This document shows, one piece after another, positions 1-10,283 of a stretch of DNA of 32,000 nucleotides. The position numbers and the translations under genes are program-made. This stretch comes from Aliivibrio fischeri ES114 (GTDB lineage: Bacteria > Pseudomonadota > Gammaproteobacteria > Enterobacterales > Vibrionaceae), in NCBI RefSeq assembly GCF_000011805.1, contig NC_006840.2; one strand, 5' to 3'. The notes beneath the pieces are model-generated. The model was not told where the DNA came from. It did not search any database and saw only the letters and a program-made list of their open reading frames with translations. How positions within the stretch are numbered: position 1 is the stretch's first letter; each line of letters opens with the position of its first letter.

Positions 1-1738
1 TAATCTCATTTGCATCAACCCCTAATTTAACTAGAGTGTCGGTCACTTTGCTTAAGCCAACCATCAAACCAAGATTTACTGTTGGTACATTTAAAGAACG
101 AGAAAGAGCATAATAAAGAGGAACCTCTCCTCTGAATTTACGGTCAAAGTTTCTTGGCGTCCATGTTGTACCTTTACTTCCTTTTAATGCAATCGGTTTA
201 TCATCTAACGTTGTTGCTAATGAAAACTTATCCGGTGTTTCTAATGCACTCAAATAGATAGCAGGTTTAACTAATGACCCAATTGGTCGTTTAGCATTAA
301 TCGCTCGGTTAAATCCATCAAATCCAGTTCGGCTGCCACCAATCATTGCTCGAATTTCACCACTTTGACGATCAACAATCACCATTGCAGCTTCCAAGCC
401 CTTCCCAGCTCTTTTTTCTAACTGAGGTACTGTTCTCTCAACGGCCTGCTCTGCTTTTTGCTGAGACAGAGGATCCAGAGTAGTGAATACTCGTAGCCCT
501 TCTCCTTTCTGATATGCCTTACCCGCTTTCTCTTTTAACTCCCATTTTAATTGCTGGAAATAAGCCGGTTGTCTTGTCGCTATAGTTGCTCGTTTTTTTA
601 CATCGAGTGGACGGCTAGCTGCCATTTCATATTGATGAGGCGATAAGATCTCTTCTTGCATCATTAATCGAAGAACTAAATCTCGGCGCTCTTTTACTCG
701 TTCAGGGAAACGCATCGGATTGTAATAAGACGGGCCTTTCACCATACCAACTAACATCGCTAGTTGATCAATACGCAACTCTTCTATTGGTCGACCAAAA
801 TATACCTGTGCAGCCAAGCCAAAACCATGAATGGCCTCTCCACCAGTTTGTCCTAAATACACCTCATTTAAATACGCTTCTAAAATACGGTCTTTGCTAT
901 AACGATAGTCTAAAATTAATGCGAGATACGCTTCTCGAACTTTTCGCCATAGTGTACGTTCACGAGAAAGAAATAAGTTTTTCGCCAATTGTTGAGTCAG
1001 CGTACTACCACCTTGCACGGTTCGTCCTGCCTTAGCATTCACTACCATAGCTCGAGCTATAGCAAGAGGAGAAACACCATCGTGCTGATAAAAATCACGG
1101 TCTTCGGTCGCTAGTAAGGCATCAACCATTACCTCAGGAAACTGCTCTCTACGTAAGAATAAACGCTGTTGATCATCATCAGCATCCAACATACCTAAGA
1201 ACTGAGGCTCGATTTGTAAAAAACCCATTTGTTTCATTACGCTTCTATTTTCAATTTTCTGAAGTCCTTCAGAATTAAAATAAAGCATGACGTGACGATC
1301 CGGCTCTGGTCCTTGTTGAAATTCAAAAGGACGACGAATTAATTCAATTTTTGTTGATGATGATGAATATTCACCAGGGCGTTGAGGTTGACGTACTTTT
1401 TGATATTTAAGTAAATCCAACTCATTTTGAACCGTTTTTAAACTGATATTTTGCCCAGGAGATAACGTTAACACTCGGCTATAAACAACCGTTGGTAAGC
1501 TAAATAATTGACCATCAAAACGTTTCTTAACTACGGTATCAAGATAAATACCGGCGATAACAAGAATAGCTAAAACAACCAAACTTAATTTAAAGCCTAA
1601 AATCATCAAACTCTTCCAAAAAGGACGAGACGATTGCGCTTTTTTCTTAGATGATGTTTTTCTTTTCGCTGGTGCTTTCTTCTTTGCTGCCGTTTTTTTA
1701 GGGGCAGCTTTTGTTGGTGTTTTTTTCTTTTCAGCCAT
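1..1738 (-). CDS. mrcB: Penicillin-binding protein 1B (bifunctional transglycosylase/transpeptidase), 3' end cut off by the window edge
   Basis: Read from the minus strand (not in the ORF track because it is truncated). Starts ATG at 1738: MAEKKKTPTKAAPKKTAAKKK..., then a single TM segment and glycosyltransferase motifs EDRDFYQHDGVSPLAIARA, GGSTLTQQLAKNLFL and YLNEVYLGQTGG. Followed by hrpB as in enteric/vibrio genomes. Confidence 0.95.
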   Translation of the reverse strand, partial: MAEKKKTPTKAAPKKTAAKKKAPAKRKTSSKKKAQSSRPFWKSLMILGFKLSLVVLAILVIAGIYLDTVVKKRFDGQLFSLPTVVYSRVLTLSPGQNISLKTVQNELDLLKYQKVRQPQRPGEYSSSSTKIELIRRPFEFQQGPEPDRHVMLYFNSEGLQKIENRSVMKQMGFLQIEPQFLGMLDADDDQQRLFLRREQFPEVMVDALLATEDRDFYQHDGVSPLAIARAMVVNAKAGRTVQGGSTLTQQLAKNLFLSRERTLWRKVREAYLALILDYRYSKDRILEAYLNEVYLGQTGGEAIHGFGLAAQVYFGRPIEELRIDQLAMLVGMVKGPSYYNPMRFPERVKERRDLVLRLMMQEEILSPHQYEMAASRPLDVKKRATIATRQPAYFQQLKWELKEKAGKAYQKGEGLRVFTTLDPLSQQKAEQAVERTVPQLEKRAGKGLEAAMVIVDRQSGEIRAMIGGSRTGFDGFNRAINAKRPIGSLVKPAIYLSALETPDKFSLATTLDDKPIALKGSKGTTWTPRNFDRKFRGEVPLYYALSRSLNVPTVNLGLMVGLSKVTDTLVKLGVDANEI

Positions 1739-1762
1739 GAGAAATCTTTTTAATTATGAATA

Positions 1763-4228
1763 TTAGTTAAAGTGACGTTTTGTTTTTTTGGTTGCTTGAT
1801 GTGTTGCAGGATCATCTGGCCAAATATGCTTTGGATAACGCCCTTTCATCTCTTTTTGTACTTCTTTATAAGAACCTTGCCAAAAACCAGCAAGATCGCT
1901 TGTTGTTTGTAATGGTCTTTGCGCTGGTGACAATAGTTCCATCATTAGTTTTTTTGTTCCTTTTGCTAATAACGGCGTTTCAGCCTCTCCATATACTTCT
2001 TGCATTCGAACTGAGATCTTAGGTTCTGACTGTAATTGATACTGTATCTTTGCTTTTGTTCCTGTCGGTAATACGTAATGGCTAGGTAAATATTCATTAA
2101 TTAACTGCATATTATTCCAACCAACATAAGCCTCTAACGCTTCCATAATATTCAGTTCTTTTAGTTGTTTATCACTTTTGATGTGATTCATAAAAGGTTG
2201 CAGCCACTTATCGACATCATTTAATAAATGGGTTTCATCTAACAAAGGTAAACCCAATTCAGGCAACCATATCGATGCACATAGCAAACGAGAATGAAAT
2301 GCTTCTACTGTGTCACTCCAATTTAAGCTAGATAATCCTTGTCTCTGAACCATGCGCAGCAATGCTTCTGATATTTTACTTTCATCTGGTGACTTTATTA
2401 GTTGACGCTTAATCACCAACGCCCCTAATTGAGTCCGTTGTTCGGCAAGCATGCGACTATTTTTTTCATCCCAATCAACATACTCTACTTCAGATAGTAA
2501 ATCAGAACAGGAGTCTAAAAGTGATGACAGTGTTAAAGAAACACCAAGTAAAACCTGACTGCGGTTATTTACGCCTTTTAATAAATCAACCACCACCAAA
2601 TAATCACTTTGAGCAAGATTTTCTAGTTCATCAATCTGAACCCCATGCCCATTAGATAATTGAAATTGACCAGAGTTACCTTTGGCCATTGCAAGTCGAT
2701 CTGGGAAACCATTAACTAATACTTCTCCTACACAATTAGGTGATGCCAATTCTTTATCTTCATTAACTAAAAGCATTTTAGCTAATCGGTGAGCTCTTTG
2801 ATGATAATAATTTGATTTCGGATACTTCCCATCTAGTAGCAAAGAAAGGTGATAACTTACGTCTTTTGACTTTATTGACTTAGCTGGTTCTTCAATAATC
2901 GGCAAAAGAAATAATGCCGTATTTAGATGAGCCAATGACATTTCCTTTGCACGAAGCAATATCGTAGAAAGTCGAGGGTCCATACCTAAGTGTTGTGACT
3001 GTTCACCAAAAACTGTTAATTGTCCTTGAGTATCAAGCTGCCCCAATTGTTTTAATAATTCTTTTGCTTGTTGAACATTAGTATTGGGTGGCAATGTTAA
3101 CCATTGTAAATCCGAAGGTTGTGTCACTCCCCACTTAGCTAACTCTACAATCAAAGAACTAAGATCTGACGATTCGATTTCAGGGGTAGGAACTAATGCT
3201 TGTTGTTTGAATTGCGACTCACTGTACAATCGAATGCAGATACCTGATTCTAAACGTCCTGCTCGCCCTTTTCTTTGCTCTGATGCTGATTGTGCTATAC
3301 GCTTTTTTTCTAATTTTGTAATTCCTGTTTTCGCATCAAAGCTCGCCTTATTTTCATACCCACTATCGATAACGACTCGAACACCTTCAATCGTTAAACT
3401 GGTTTCAGCGATATTCGTTGCAAGTACAACTTTTCTTTGTCCTATTGGTGCTGGCATTAAGGCTTGTTGTTGCTTTCTTATTTCCAGTTGACCATACAAA
3501 GGAGCAAGAATCACCTCTGATGAAAGATCACTTAACCTCTCTTCCAGCTGTTTAATCTCCCCGACGCCAGAAAGAAAAACCAAAATTGAGCCTGTTTCGT
3601 TAATCAAGGTTTGTCGAATAGCATTCTCTGTTGCATCAAGTAACTTTTGATTCGCCTTTAATGGCTGATAACGTGTTTCAACTGGAAATAAACGACCGTC
3701 TGACTCTAAATAGGCTGCATTAGGTAATAATTTTTGTAACGCTGCTTGTTCTAATGTTGCCGACATCACCAATAATTTAAGATCTTCCCTCAAAGCATCT
3801 TGAACTTCCAGAGCAAAAGCTAAAGAAGTATCTGCGTGAATGCTTCTTTCATGGTATTCATCAAAAATAAGTAACCCTACGTCTGATAATTCAGGATCAG
3901 ACTGAATCATACGTGTCATGATCCCTTCTGTCACAATCTCCAAACGAGTTCTAGAACTGACTTTTGCTTCACCACGCACTCTAAAACCAACCTGCTCACC
4001 CACCTTCTCACCTAATTGAGATGCTAAGTAATTCGCAATATTACGGGCAGCTAAGCGCCTTGGCTCTAACATTATAATTTTGCCGTCAATCAGATTATCT
4101 CTTAACAAAGTAAGCGGCAAAAAAGTAGACTTACCAGCACCTGTCGACGCTTTTAAAATAAGCTGAGAGTGATGCTTTAATTTCTCAATCAGTGATGGGA
4201 TCACTGTTTCAATAGGTAACTGTGACAA
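1763..4228 (-). CDS. hrpB: ATP-dependent helicase HrpB (DEAH-box)
   Basis: 821 aa; Walker A KASTGAGKST, DEYHERS (DExH), SATLE, QRKGRAGR motifs. Apparent TTG start at 4228 with AAGG about 8 nt upstream. Confidence 0.95.
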   Translation of the reverse strand: MSQLPIETVIPSLIEKLKHHSQLILKASTGAGKSTFLPLTLLRDNLIDGKIIMLEPRRLAARNIANYLASQLGEKVGEQVGFRVRGEAKVSSRTRLEIVTEGIMTRMIQSDPELSDVGLLIFDEYHERSIHADTSLAFALEVQDALREDLKLLVMSATLEQAALQKLLPNAAYLESDGRLFPVETRYQPLKANQKLLDATENAIRQTLINETGSILVFLSGVGEIKQLEERLSDLSSEVILAPLYGQLEIRKQQQALMPAPIGQRKVVLATNIAETSLTIEGVRVVIDSGYENKASFDAKTGITKLEKKRIAQSASEQRKGRAGRLESGICIRLYSESQFKQQALVPTPEIESSDLSSLIVELAKWGVTQPSDLQWLTLPPNTNVQQAKELLKQLGQLDTQGQLTVFGEQSQHLGMDPRLSTILLRAKEMSLAHLNTALFLLPIIEEPAKSIKSKDVSYHLSLLLDGKYPKSNYYHQRAHRLAKMLLVNEDKELASPNCVGEVLVNGFPDRLAMAKGNSGQFQLSNGHGVQIDELENLAQSDYLVVVDLLKGVNNRSQVLLGVSLTLSSLLDSCSDLLSEVEYVDWDEKNSRMLAEQRTQLGALVIKRQLIKSPDESKISEALLRMVQRQGLSSLNWSDTVEAFHSRLLCASIWLPELGLPLLDETHLLNDVDKWLQPFMNHIKSDKQLKELNIMEALEAYVGWNNMQLINEYLPSHYVLPTGTKAKIQYQLQSEPKISVRMQEVYGEAETPLLAKGTKKLMMELLSPAQRPLQTTSDLAGFWQGSYKEVQKEMKGRYPKHIWPDDPATHQATKKTKRHFN

Positions 4229-4287
4229 TGGGTTCGCCTTATGGCATTATCTCGAATTAAACCATTGTACAAAAAAACAGTAGTTAA

Positions 4288-4995
4288 ATGAAATTTGAAC
4301 CTGAATTAGAATCTGGGAAGCTAATAAAACGCTATAAACGCTTTTTAGCTGATATTAAACTTGACGATAATAGTGAGCGCACAATTCATTGCGCTAACAC
4401 TGGAGCAATGACTGGCTGTGCAGAGCCTGACAGTACGGTGTTTTTTTCAACATCCAGTAACCTCAAGCGCAAATACCCTAACAGTTGGGAGCTCAGCGTC
4501 ACAGAAAACAATCACACAATATGCGTTAATACCCTTCGATCTAATCAATTAGTTGTCGAGGCGATTCAAGATCAGAACATAAAAGAACTGACTGAATATG
4601 ACGAGCTAAAAACCGAAGTAAAATACGGCTCAGAGAACAGTCGAATTGATATTTTACTTACTGGTAAATCGTTACCTGACTGCTATATTGAAGTGAAGAG
4701 CGTCACATTATTAAGTGAATCGGGTCAAGGTTTCTTTCCAGATGCCGTTACAACCCGTGGCCAAAAACACTTAAGGGAATTAAGCGAAATGGCACAACTT
4801 GGCCATAAAGCCATATTATTTTTCGCTGTTTTACATTCGGGTATTGAAAAAGTCTCAATCGCACACCATATAGACCAGCAATATCATTCTTTATTAATTG
4901 ATGCGATTGAAAATGGGGTCAATATTCTCTGCTACCAAGCAGAGATGTCATCAAAAGAGATGAAGATCGTACGCAAGCTACCTTTTAGTATTTAG
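4288..4995 (+). CDS. sfsA: Sugar fermentation stimulation protein / nuclease SfsA
   Basis: 235 aa; [12 protein letters not shown]-like region ([15 protein letters not shown]), [15 protein letters not shown]-like region, [15 protein letters not shown]; immediately upstream of dksA as in E. coli. Confidence 0.95.
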   Translation: MKFEPELESGKLIKRYKRFLADIKLDDNSERTIHCANTGAMTGCAEPDSTVFFSTSSNLKRKYPNSWELSVTENNHTICVNTLRSNQLVVEAIQDQNIKELTEYDELKTEVKYGSENSRIDILLTGKSLPDCYIEVKSVTLLSESGQGFFPDAVTTRGQKHLRELSEMAQLGHKAILFFAVLHSGIEKVSIAHHIDQQYHSLLIDAIENGVNILCYQAEMSSKEMKIVRKLPFSI

Positions 4996-5160
4996 TCACT
5001 TCATTCGTGTAATAAATACATTCTTTTTAAGAAAAGTGCTACGTTCTTGCTACTGGATCTCAATTGATGAAATCAATATTTGATTGCCTCTTTTCTTTCT
5101 GCTATAGATAGCGCCCTCATTTGGCTAGTGAGAGTCAAAGACGTTTTAGGAGAAGCTGTA

Positions 5161-5610
5161 ATGCCAGAGAGCAATACAAAAAGAACGCTAGGAATTCTAG
5201 CTATCGCTGGTGTTGAACCTTATCAGGAAAAAGCCGGTGAGGAATACATGGGCCCAGCCCAAGTTGAACACTTTACAAAGATTCTAGAAGCTTGGCGTAA
5301 CCAACTTAGGGAAGAAGTTGCACGCACTGTGAACCACATGAAAGATGAAGCAGCGAACTTTCCAGATCCAGTTGATCGCGCAGCTCAAGAAGAAGAATTT
5401 AGTTTAGAACTGCGTAATCGTGACCGTGAGCGCCGTTTAATTAAGAAAATTGAGAAAACACTAACAAAAATCGAAGAAGAAGAATTCGGCTTCTGTGATT
5501 CTTGTGGTATTGAAATAGGTATTCGTCGATTAGAAGCACGTCCAACTGCTGATCTTTGTATTGACTGTAAAACTCTTGCAGAAATCAAAGAAAAGCAAAT
5601 GGCAGGTTAA
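5161..5610 (+). CDS. dksA: RNA polymerase-binding transcription factor DksA
   Basis: 149 aa from [30 protein letters not shown]; zinc finger [25 protein letters not shown]. The listed ORF (5080 start) carries 27 extra residues that do not look like DksA; the ATG at 5161 is preceded by AGGAGAAG. Confidence 0.96.
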   Translation: MPESNTKRTLGILAIAGVEPYQEKAGEEYMGPAQVEHFTKILEAWRNQLREEVARTVNHMKDEAANFPDPVDRAAQEEEFSLELRNRDRERRLIKKIEKTLTKIEEEEFGFCDSCGIEIGIRRLEARPTADLCIDCKTLAEIKEKQMAG

Positions 5611-5625
5611 TACCTATCAAATCAT

Positions 5626-5653
5626 AAAAAAGGGAGCATTCGCTCCCTTTTTT
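5626..5653. terminator. Rho-independent terminator after dksA
   Basis: AAAAAAGGGAGC-attc-GCTCCCTTTTTT perfect stem with U-tract. Confidence 0.9.
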
Positions 5654-5674
5654 ACGTTTAAATAGTGAATATTT

Positions 5675-6568
5675 ATGACAACTCAATACATTGGTCGTTT
5701 TGCACCATCACCTTCTGGTCCATTACACTTTGGCTCTCTTGTTGCTGCGCTAGGGAGCTACTTACAAGCTAAATCTCATCAAGGAAAATGGCTCCTTCGT
5801 ATTGAAGATCTTGACCCACCAAGGGAAGTATCAGGCGCCGCTTCCTTAATCATTCAAACCATAGAGAATTACGGTCTAGAATGGGACGAAGAAATTGTAT
5901 ACCAAAGTCAACGACACGATTTATATCAATCTCAAATAGATAAATGGTTGCAAGAAAACAACGCTTATTATTGCCAGTGCACACGTAAACAAATAAAAGA
6001 AGACGGTGGTTTTTATTTAGGTCACTGCAAAGAAAAGCACCATTCAGAAAAAAATTCTGCTGTTCGTTTGGTTATGCAACATCCTGTTGAATCATTTAAT
6101 GATATTAAACATGGTACGATTACAATCCCAAGTAAACTTGCACACGAAGACTTTATTATTAAACGTCGAGATGGACTATTTGCTTATAATCTCGCCGTGG
6201 TTCTTGATGATATCGACCAAGGAGTTACCGAAGTGGTTCGCGGTGCCGATCTCATTGAGCCAACAGGACGCCAAATATCACTTTACCGTCAATTGGGTGC
6301 GAATGAAGTTAACTACCTTCATTTACCCCTTGCTGTTGATGAAAAAGGCAATAAACTTTCTAAACAAAACTATGCACCCGCTATTGATAATAGTAACCCT
6401 AAACCAACACTATTAGCTGCATTAACGTTTTTAGGGTTTATAATTCCATTAGAAGTAAAGCAAGCTACATTGAATGAAATTCTTCAATGGGCAATCCAAC
6501 ATTGGCAATTAAATCAGCTTCCAACTGGGCTCGAGATCACTACCCCATTCTCAAAACCCTCAATTTAA
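5675..6568 (+). CDS. gluQRS: Glutamyl-Q tRNA(Asp) synthetase
   Basis: 297 aa; RFAPSPSGPLHFGSLVAALGSYL (HIGH-like), LRIEDLDPPR, KLSKQNYAP; truncated GluRS-like protein next to dksA. Confidence 0.95.
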   Translation: MTTQYIGRFAPSPSGPLHFGSLVAALGSYLQAKSHQGKWLLRIEDLDPPREVSGAASLIIQTIENYGLEWDEEIVYQSQRHDLYQSQIDKWLQENNAYYCQCTRKQIKEDGGFYLGHCKEKHHSEKNSAVRLVMQHPVESFNDIKHGTITIPSKLAHEDFIIKRRDGLFAYNLAVVLDDIDQGVTEVVRGADLIEPTGRQISLYRQLGANEVNYLHLPLAVDEKGNKLSKQNYAPAIDNSNPKPTLLAALTFLGFIIPLEVKQATLNEILQWAIQHWQLNQLPTGLEITTPFSKPSI

Positions 6569-6618
6569 GCTATGATGTGCGCCTATTTTTGACTGCTCAC
6601 TTGAATATCGAGGTTATT

Positions 6619-8016
6619 ATCTTTAATCAAGTTGCCCGTTTTTGTCGTAATTTACTCAAAAACAACAGTGATATTTGCTCAACAGAGGATTTGAAACTGA
6701 ACGTTATCACACGCCAAGAACATAATATTTCACGTAAAGATTTAAGTGATAATGCACTTAAAGTTCTTTACCGTCTAAGCAATGCTGGATATGACGCTTA
6801 TCTGGTAGGCGGAGGTGTGCGCGATATTCTATTAGGTCAAGAACCTAAAGACTTTGATATTGCAACCAATGCAACTCCAGAGCAAATCAAAAAACTATTC
6901 AGAAATTGTCGTTTAATTGGTCGACGATTCCGTCTTGCTCATATTCTTTTTGGTCGAGATGTTATTGAAGTTGCTACCTTCCGTGGCCACCACAAAGAAG
7001 ATAATGAGAAAAAGAATATCTCAGCGCAATCTGACGAAGGGATGCTACTACGCGATAACGTATATGGCACGGTAGAAGAAGATGCTGAACGTCGTGACTT
7101 TACGGTTAATGCGATGTACTACAATATCGCAGACTACTCGATACACGATTACGCCAACGGCATTGAAGATTTAAAAAATGGCATTATCCGTTTAATTGGT
7201 GATCCTGAAACTCGTTATCGCGAAGACCCAGTCCGTATGCTTCGTGCAGTTCGTTTTGCTGCAAAATTAGATATGACTATTTGTGATAAAACAGCAGCAC
7301 CAATTGCTGAGCTTTCACCTCTACTTAGAGACATTCCTGCTGCACGTTTATTTGAAGAGTCATTAAAGCTACTGCAAACCGGTAATGGATTAAATACTTA
7401 CTGGATGCTACGAGACTTTAATCTTTTCCAACAATTGTTCCCTGTACTCACTCCTTTCTTAACGGAAGAAGGAAATAGCCCTGCTGAACAAATGATTGAG
7501 CTTGTATTACGCTCTACAGATAAGCGAATTAACAGCGGTAAGCGTGTAAACCCTGCGTTTATGTTTGCTGCAATGCTTTGGTATCCGTTAACGGCAAAAG
7601 CGCAAGAAATCCAAGATGACAATCCAAAATTTGATCACTACGAATCAATAATGGAAGCATCTAATTTAATTCTTGATACTCAAGTAAGAAGTACTGCGAT
7701 CCCACGTCGCTTAACTGCAACAATTCGTGATATTTGGCAACTTCAATTACGCTTACCTCGTCGCACGGGTAAACGAGCTTTTGTACTTATTGAGCAACAA
7801 AAATTCCGTGCCGCTTATGATTTCTTAGAAATGCGTGGCAAAGTTGAAGGCGGCGAAACCAAAGATTTATGTGACTGGTGGACTGAGTTCCAAGATGCAC
7901 CAGCACCACATCGTAACAATATGGTTCAAAATTTAAACGGTGGTCGCCGTTCTGGTGGTCCTCGTAAGCGTCGCAGCCCATATCGTAAGAAAAAAAGAGC
8001 AAATAACGACTCATGA
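6619..8016 (+). CDS. pcnB: Poly(A) polymerase I, probable non-canonical AUC/AUU start
   Basis: GGGVRDILLGQEPKDFDIATNATPEQIKKLFRNCRLIGRRFRLAHILFGRDVIEVATFRGHH, Arg/Lys-rich C-terminus. ORF track start at 6487 lies inside gluQRS. Homology to E. coli PcnB (IFTRVANFCRKVL) begins at IFNQVARFCRNLL, codon ATC at 6619 (or ATT at 6616), preceded by GAGG at 6610-6613. Confidence 0.9.
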   Translation: MFNQVARFCRNLLKNNSDICSTEDLKLNVITRQEHNISRKDLSDNALKVLYRLSNAGYDAYLVGGGVRDILLGQEPKDFDIATNATPEQIKKLFRNCRLIGRRFRLAHILFGRDVIEVATFRGHHKEDNEKKNISAQSDEGMLLRDNVYGTVEEDAERRDFTVNAMYYNIADYSIHDYANGIEDLKNGIIRLIGDPETRYREDPVRMLRAVRFAAKLDMTICDKTAAPIAELSPLLRDIPAARLFEESLKLLQTGNGLNTYWMLRDFNLFQQLFPVLTPFLTEEGNSPAEQMIELVLRSTDKRINSGKRVNPAFMFAAMLWYPLTAKAQEIQDDNPKFDHYESIMEASNLILDTQVRSTAIPRRLTATIRDIWQLQLRLPRRTGKRAFVLIEQQKFRAAYDFLEMRGKVEGGETKDLCDWWTEFQDAPAPHRNNMVQNLNGGRRSGGPRKRRSPYRKKKRANNDS

Positions 8017-8498
8017 TCAAAGTAATTATTGCGATTGGGAGTAACCTTGGAGATCCCGTAGCTCAAGCAAAAGTGGCTATCAATGCCCTGCACCAGCTCC
8101 CGGACTCTAAAGTAACAGCGGTATCATCGCTTTACAGCAGTTCACCTATGGGTCCTCAAGATCAACCTGACTACATTAATGCAGTTGTTGAGATTGAAAC
8201 CAACCTTGCTCCAATGGAATTACTGGATCTCACTCAAAAGATTGAGCTTGAGCAAGGTCGCGTGCGTAAGGAAGAGCGCTGGGGACCAAGAACTTTAGAT
8301 CTCGATATTATTTTATTTGGCGATCAAACGATCGACAATGAGCGATTAACCGTGCCTCACTATGGCATGAAGGAACGTGAATTTGTTCTTTATCCGCTCG
8401 CTGAAATTTATAATGATTTAACTTTACCTGATGGCACAACCCTTTCTCAGTTACTAAAAACTGTTGATAGAAATGGTTTGTCTATTTGGGAAGATTAA
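8013..8498 (+). CDS. folK: 2-amino-4-hydroxy-6-hydroxymethyldihydropteridine pyrophosphokinase
   Basis: 161 aa; IGSNLGDP, WGPRTLDLDIILFGD; ATGA overlap with the pcnB stop. Confidence 0.96.
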   Translation: MIKVIIAIGSNLGDPVAQAKVAINALHQLPDSKVTAVSSLYSSSPMGPQDQPDYINAVVEIETNLAPMELLDLTQKIELEQGRVRKEERWGPRTLDLDIILFGDQTIDNERLTVPHYGMKEREFVLYPLAEIYNDLTLPDGTTLSQLLKTVDRNGLSIWED

Positions 8499-8520
8499 TC
8501 GCTTCTAGTAAGGATGTTTT

Positions 8521-9315
8521 ATGAAAAAAATCTCTATTCATGACTTAATGAAGTGGAAGCAAGAAGGCAAAAAATTTGCCACTGTTACAGCATATGATGC
8601 TAGCTTCGCACAACTATTTGAACAGCAAGAAGTCCCTGTTTTATTAGTCGGTGATTCATTAGGTATGGTTTTACAAGGTAAGAGCGACACTCTACCTGTA
8701 ACCACTGAAGAGATCGCTTACCATACTCGCTGTGTACGTGCAGGCAGCCCAAATAGCCTATTAATGGCAGATATGCCATTCATGAGCTACGCAACTCCTG
8801 AGCAAGCGTGTGAGAATGCTGGAAAGCTAATGCAAGCAGGCGCTAACATGGTGAAGATTGAAGGCGGTGAATGGATAGCTGAAACAGTTCGAGTCCTTGC
8901 AGAGCGTGCCGTCCCAGTTTGTGCGCACCTTGGTTTAACTCCTCAATCAGTTAATATTTTTGGTGGGTTCCGCATTCAAGGTCGTGATGAAGCTAAAGCA
9001 GAGCAAATGGTAAAAGATGCCTTAACGCTTGAAGCTGCTGGTGCTCAAATTATCCTACTAGAATGCGTTCCAGCTTCTCTTGCTGAGCGTATTACAAAAG
9101 CATGTACCGTTCCTGTTATTGGTATTGGTGCAGGTAATGTGACTGATGGTCAAATCCTTGTAATGCACGATATGTTTGGTATTTCAGCTAACTACATGCC
9201 TAAATTCTCAAAAAACTTTTTGGCAGAAACTGGTGATATGCGTAAAGCGGTCACTAAATACATTCAAGATGTTGAGCAAGGTGTATTCCCTGTTGCTGAA
9301 CATACATTTAACTAA
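8521..9315 (+). CDS. panB: 3-methyl-2-oxobutanoate hydroxymethyltransferase
   Basis: 264 aa; [59 protein letters not shown]. Confidence 0.97.
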   Translation: MKKISIHDLMKWKQEGKKFATVTAYDASFAQLFEQQEVPVLLVGDSLGMVLQGKSDTLPVTTEEIAYHTRCVRAGSPNSLLMADMPFMSYATPEQACENAGKLMQAGANMVKIEGGEWIAETVRVLAERAVPVCAHLGLTPQSVNIFGGFRIQGRDEAKAEQMVKDALTLEAAGAQIILLECVPASLAERITKACTVPVIGIGAGNVTDGQILVMHDMFGISANYMPKFSKNFLAETGDMRKAVTKYIQDVEQGVFPVAEHTFN

Positions 9316-9324
9316 GGAAACGTA

Positions 9325-10200
9325 ATGGACATTTTTTCTGAAATTTTACCATTACGCGAGCAGATCAAAGCTTGGAAACGCGAAGGTAAACGTATTGCTT
9401 TCGTTCCAACAATGGGAAATCTACACGAAGGTCATTTAACTCTAATTCGAACAGCTCGCGAGCATGCAGATATTGTAGTTGCTAGTATTTTTGTTAATCC
9501 AATGCAATTTAACAATGCTGATGACCTAACAAACTACCCAAGAACATTAGATGAAGATGTAGAAAAACTCACTGCTGAAAACGTTGATCTTGTATTCACA
9601 CCAACTCCTGAGATCATGTATCCAGAAGGGTTAGAGAAACAAACAACCGTTGACGTTCCTGTTATCTCTACTATTTTAGAAGGCGCTTCTCGTCCCGGTC
9701 ACTTTAAAGGTGTCTCGACGGTTGTTAATAAGCTATTCAATATTGTTCAACCTGATGTAGCTTGCTTTGGTGAAAAAGACTTCCAACAGCTTGCGCTTAT
9801 TCGTCAAATGGTTATCGATATGGCGTTAGATGTTGAAATCGTTGGCGTACCAACCGTTCGTGAGATGGATGGATTGGCAATGAGCTCACGCAATAACCTA
9901 TTAACACTTAATGAGCGTCAGCGTGCACCGGTTTTAGCTCGCACTATGCGTTGGATAAGCAGTCAAATGCGTGGCGGCCGTAATGATTACCTATCTCTAA
10001 TTGAAGATGCCAGTGATCAACTACGCGCAGCGGATCTGCAACCGGATGAGATCTTCATTCGTGATGCAAGAACGCTACAAGAGCCAACAGAAGAGACAAC
10101 TCAAGCCATTATTCTAATGGCAGCGTTCCTTGGCCAAGTTCGTTTAATTGATAACTTAGTTGTTGAATTAGCAGCGGCATCGAACGACGAAGAAGAGTAA
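9325..10200 (+). CDS. panC: Pantothenate synthetase (pantoate--beta-alanine ligase)
   Basis: 291 aa; [48 protein letters not shown]. Confidence 0.97.
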   Translation: MDIFSEILPLREQIKAWKREGKRIAFVPTMGNLHEGHLTLIRTAREHADIVVASIFVNPMQFNNADDLTNYPRTLDEDVEKLTAENVDLVFTPTPEIMYPEGLEKQTTVDVPVISTILEGASRPGHFKGVSTVVNKLFNIVQPDVACFGEKDFQQLALIRQMVIDMALDVEIVGVPTVREMDGLAMSSRNNLLTLNERQRAPVLARTMRWISSQMRGGRNDYLSLIEDASDQLRAADLQPDEIFIRDARTLQEPTEETTQAIILMAAFLGQVRLIDNLVVELAAASNDEEE

Positions 10201-10220
10201 TCTTTTCTAAAAGAAAAATA

Positions 10221-10257
10221 AAAGGGCTGAAGATAATCACTATCTTCAGCCCTTTTT
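10221..10257. terminator. Bidirectional rho-independent terminator between panC (+) and yadH (-)
   Basis: AAAGGGCTGAAGATA-atcac-TATCTTCAGCCCTTTTTT perfect stem, A-tract 5' and T-tract 3'. Confidence 0.93.
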
Positions 10258-10283
10258 TCATCTATGATTTACATATATGGTCT

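Noticed and set aside
1600-1735. Lys/Ala/Pro low-complexity repeat in the mrcB 5' coding region, considered as a possible novel repeat
   Set aside because: Encodes the normal basic cytoplasmic tail of PBP1B preceding its TM helix.
1780-2022. ORF antisense to hrpB (80 aa)
   Set aside because: Lies inside well-supported hrpB with no homology signal or RBS; hydrophobic composition is an antisense coding artefact. The same reasoning rejects 787..1035 and 3084..3491.
5080-5160. 27-residue N-terminal extension of dksA
   Set aside because: Does not resemble any DksA; the ATG at 5161 has a good SD. This stretch is more likely promoter/5' leader.
6087-6416. 109-aa ORF in an alternative plus-strand frame of gluQRS
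   Set aside because: Fully nested in gluQRS, no recognisable domain, low-complexity composition.
7787-8020. 77-aa ORF antisense to the pcnB 3' end
   Set aside because: Antisense to the Arg/Lys-rich PcnB tail; no supporting features.
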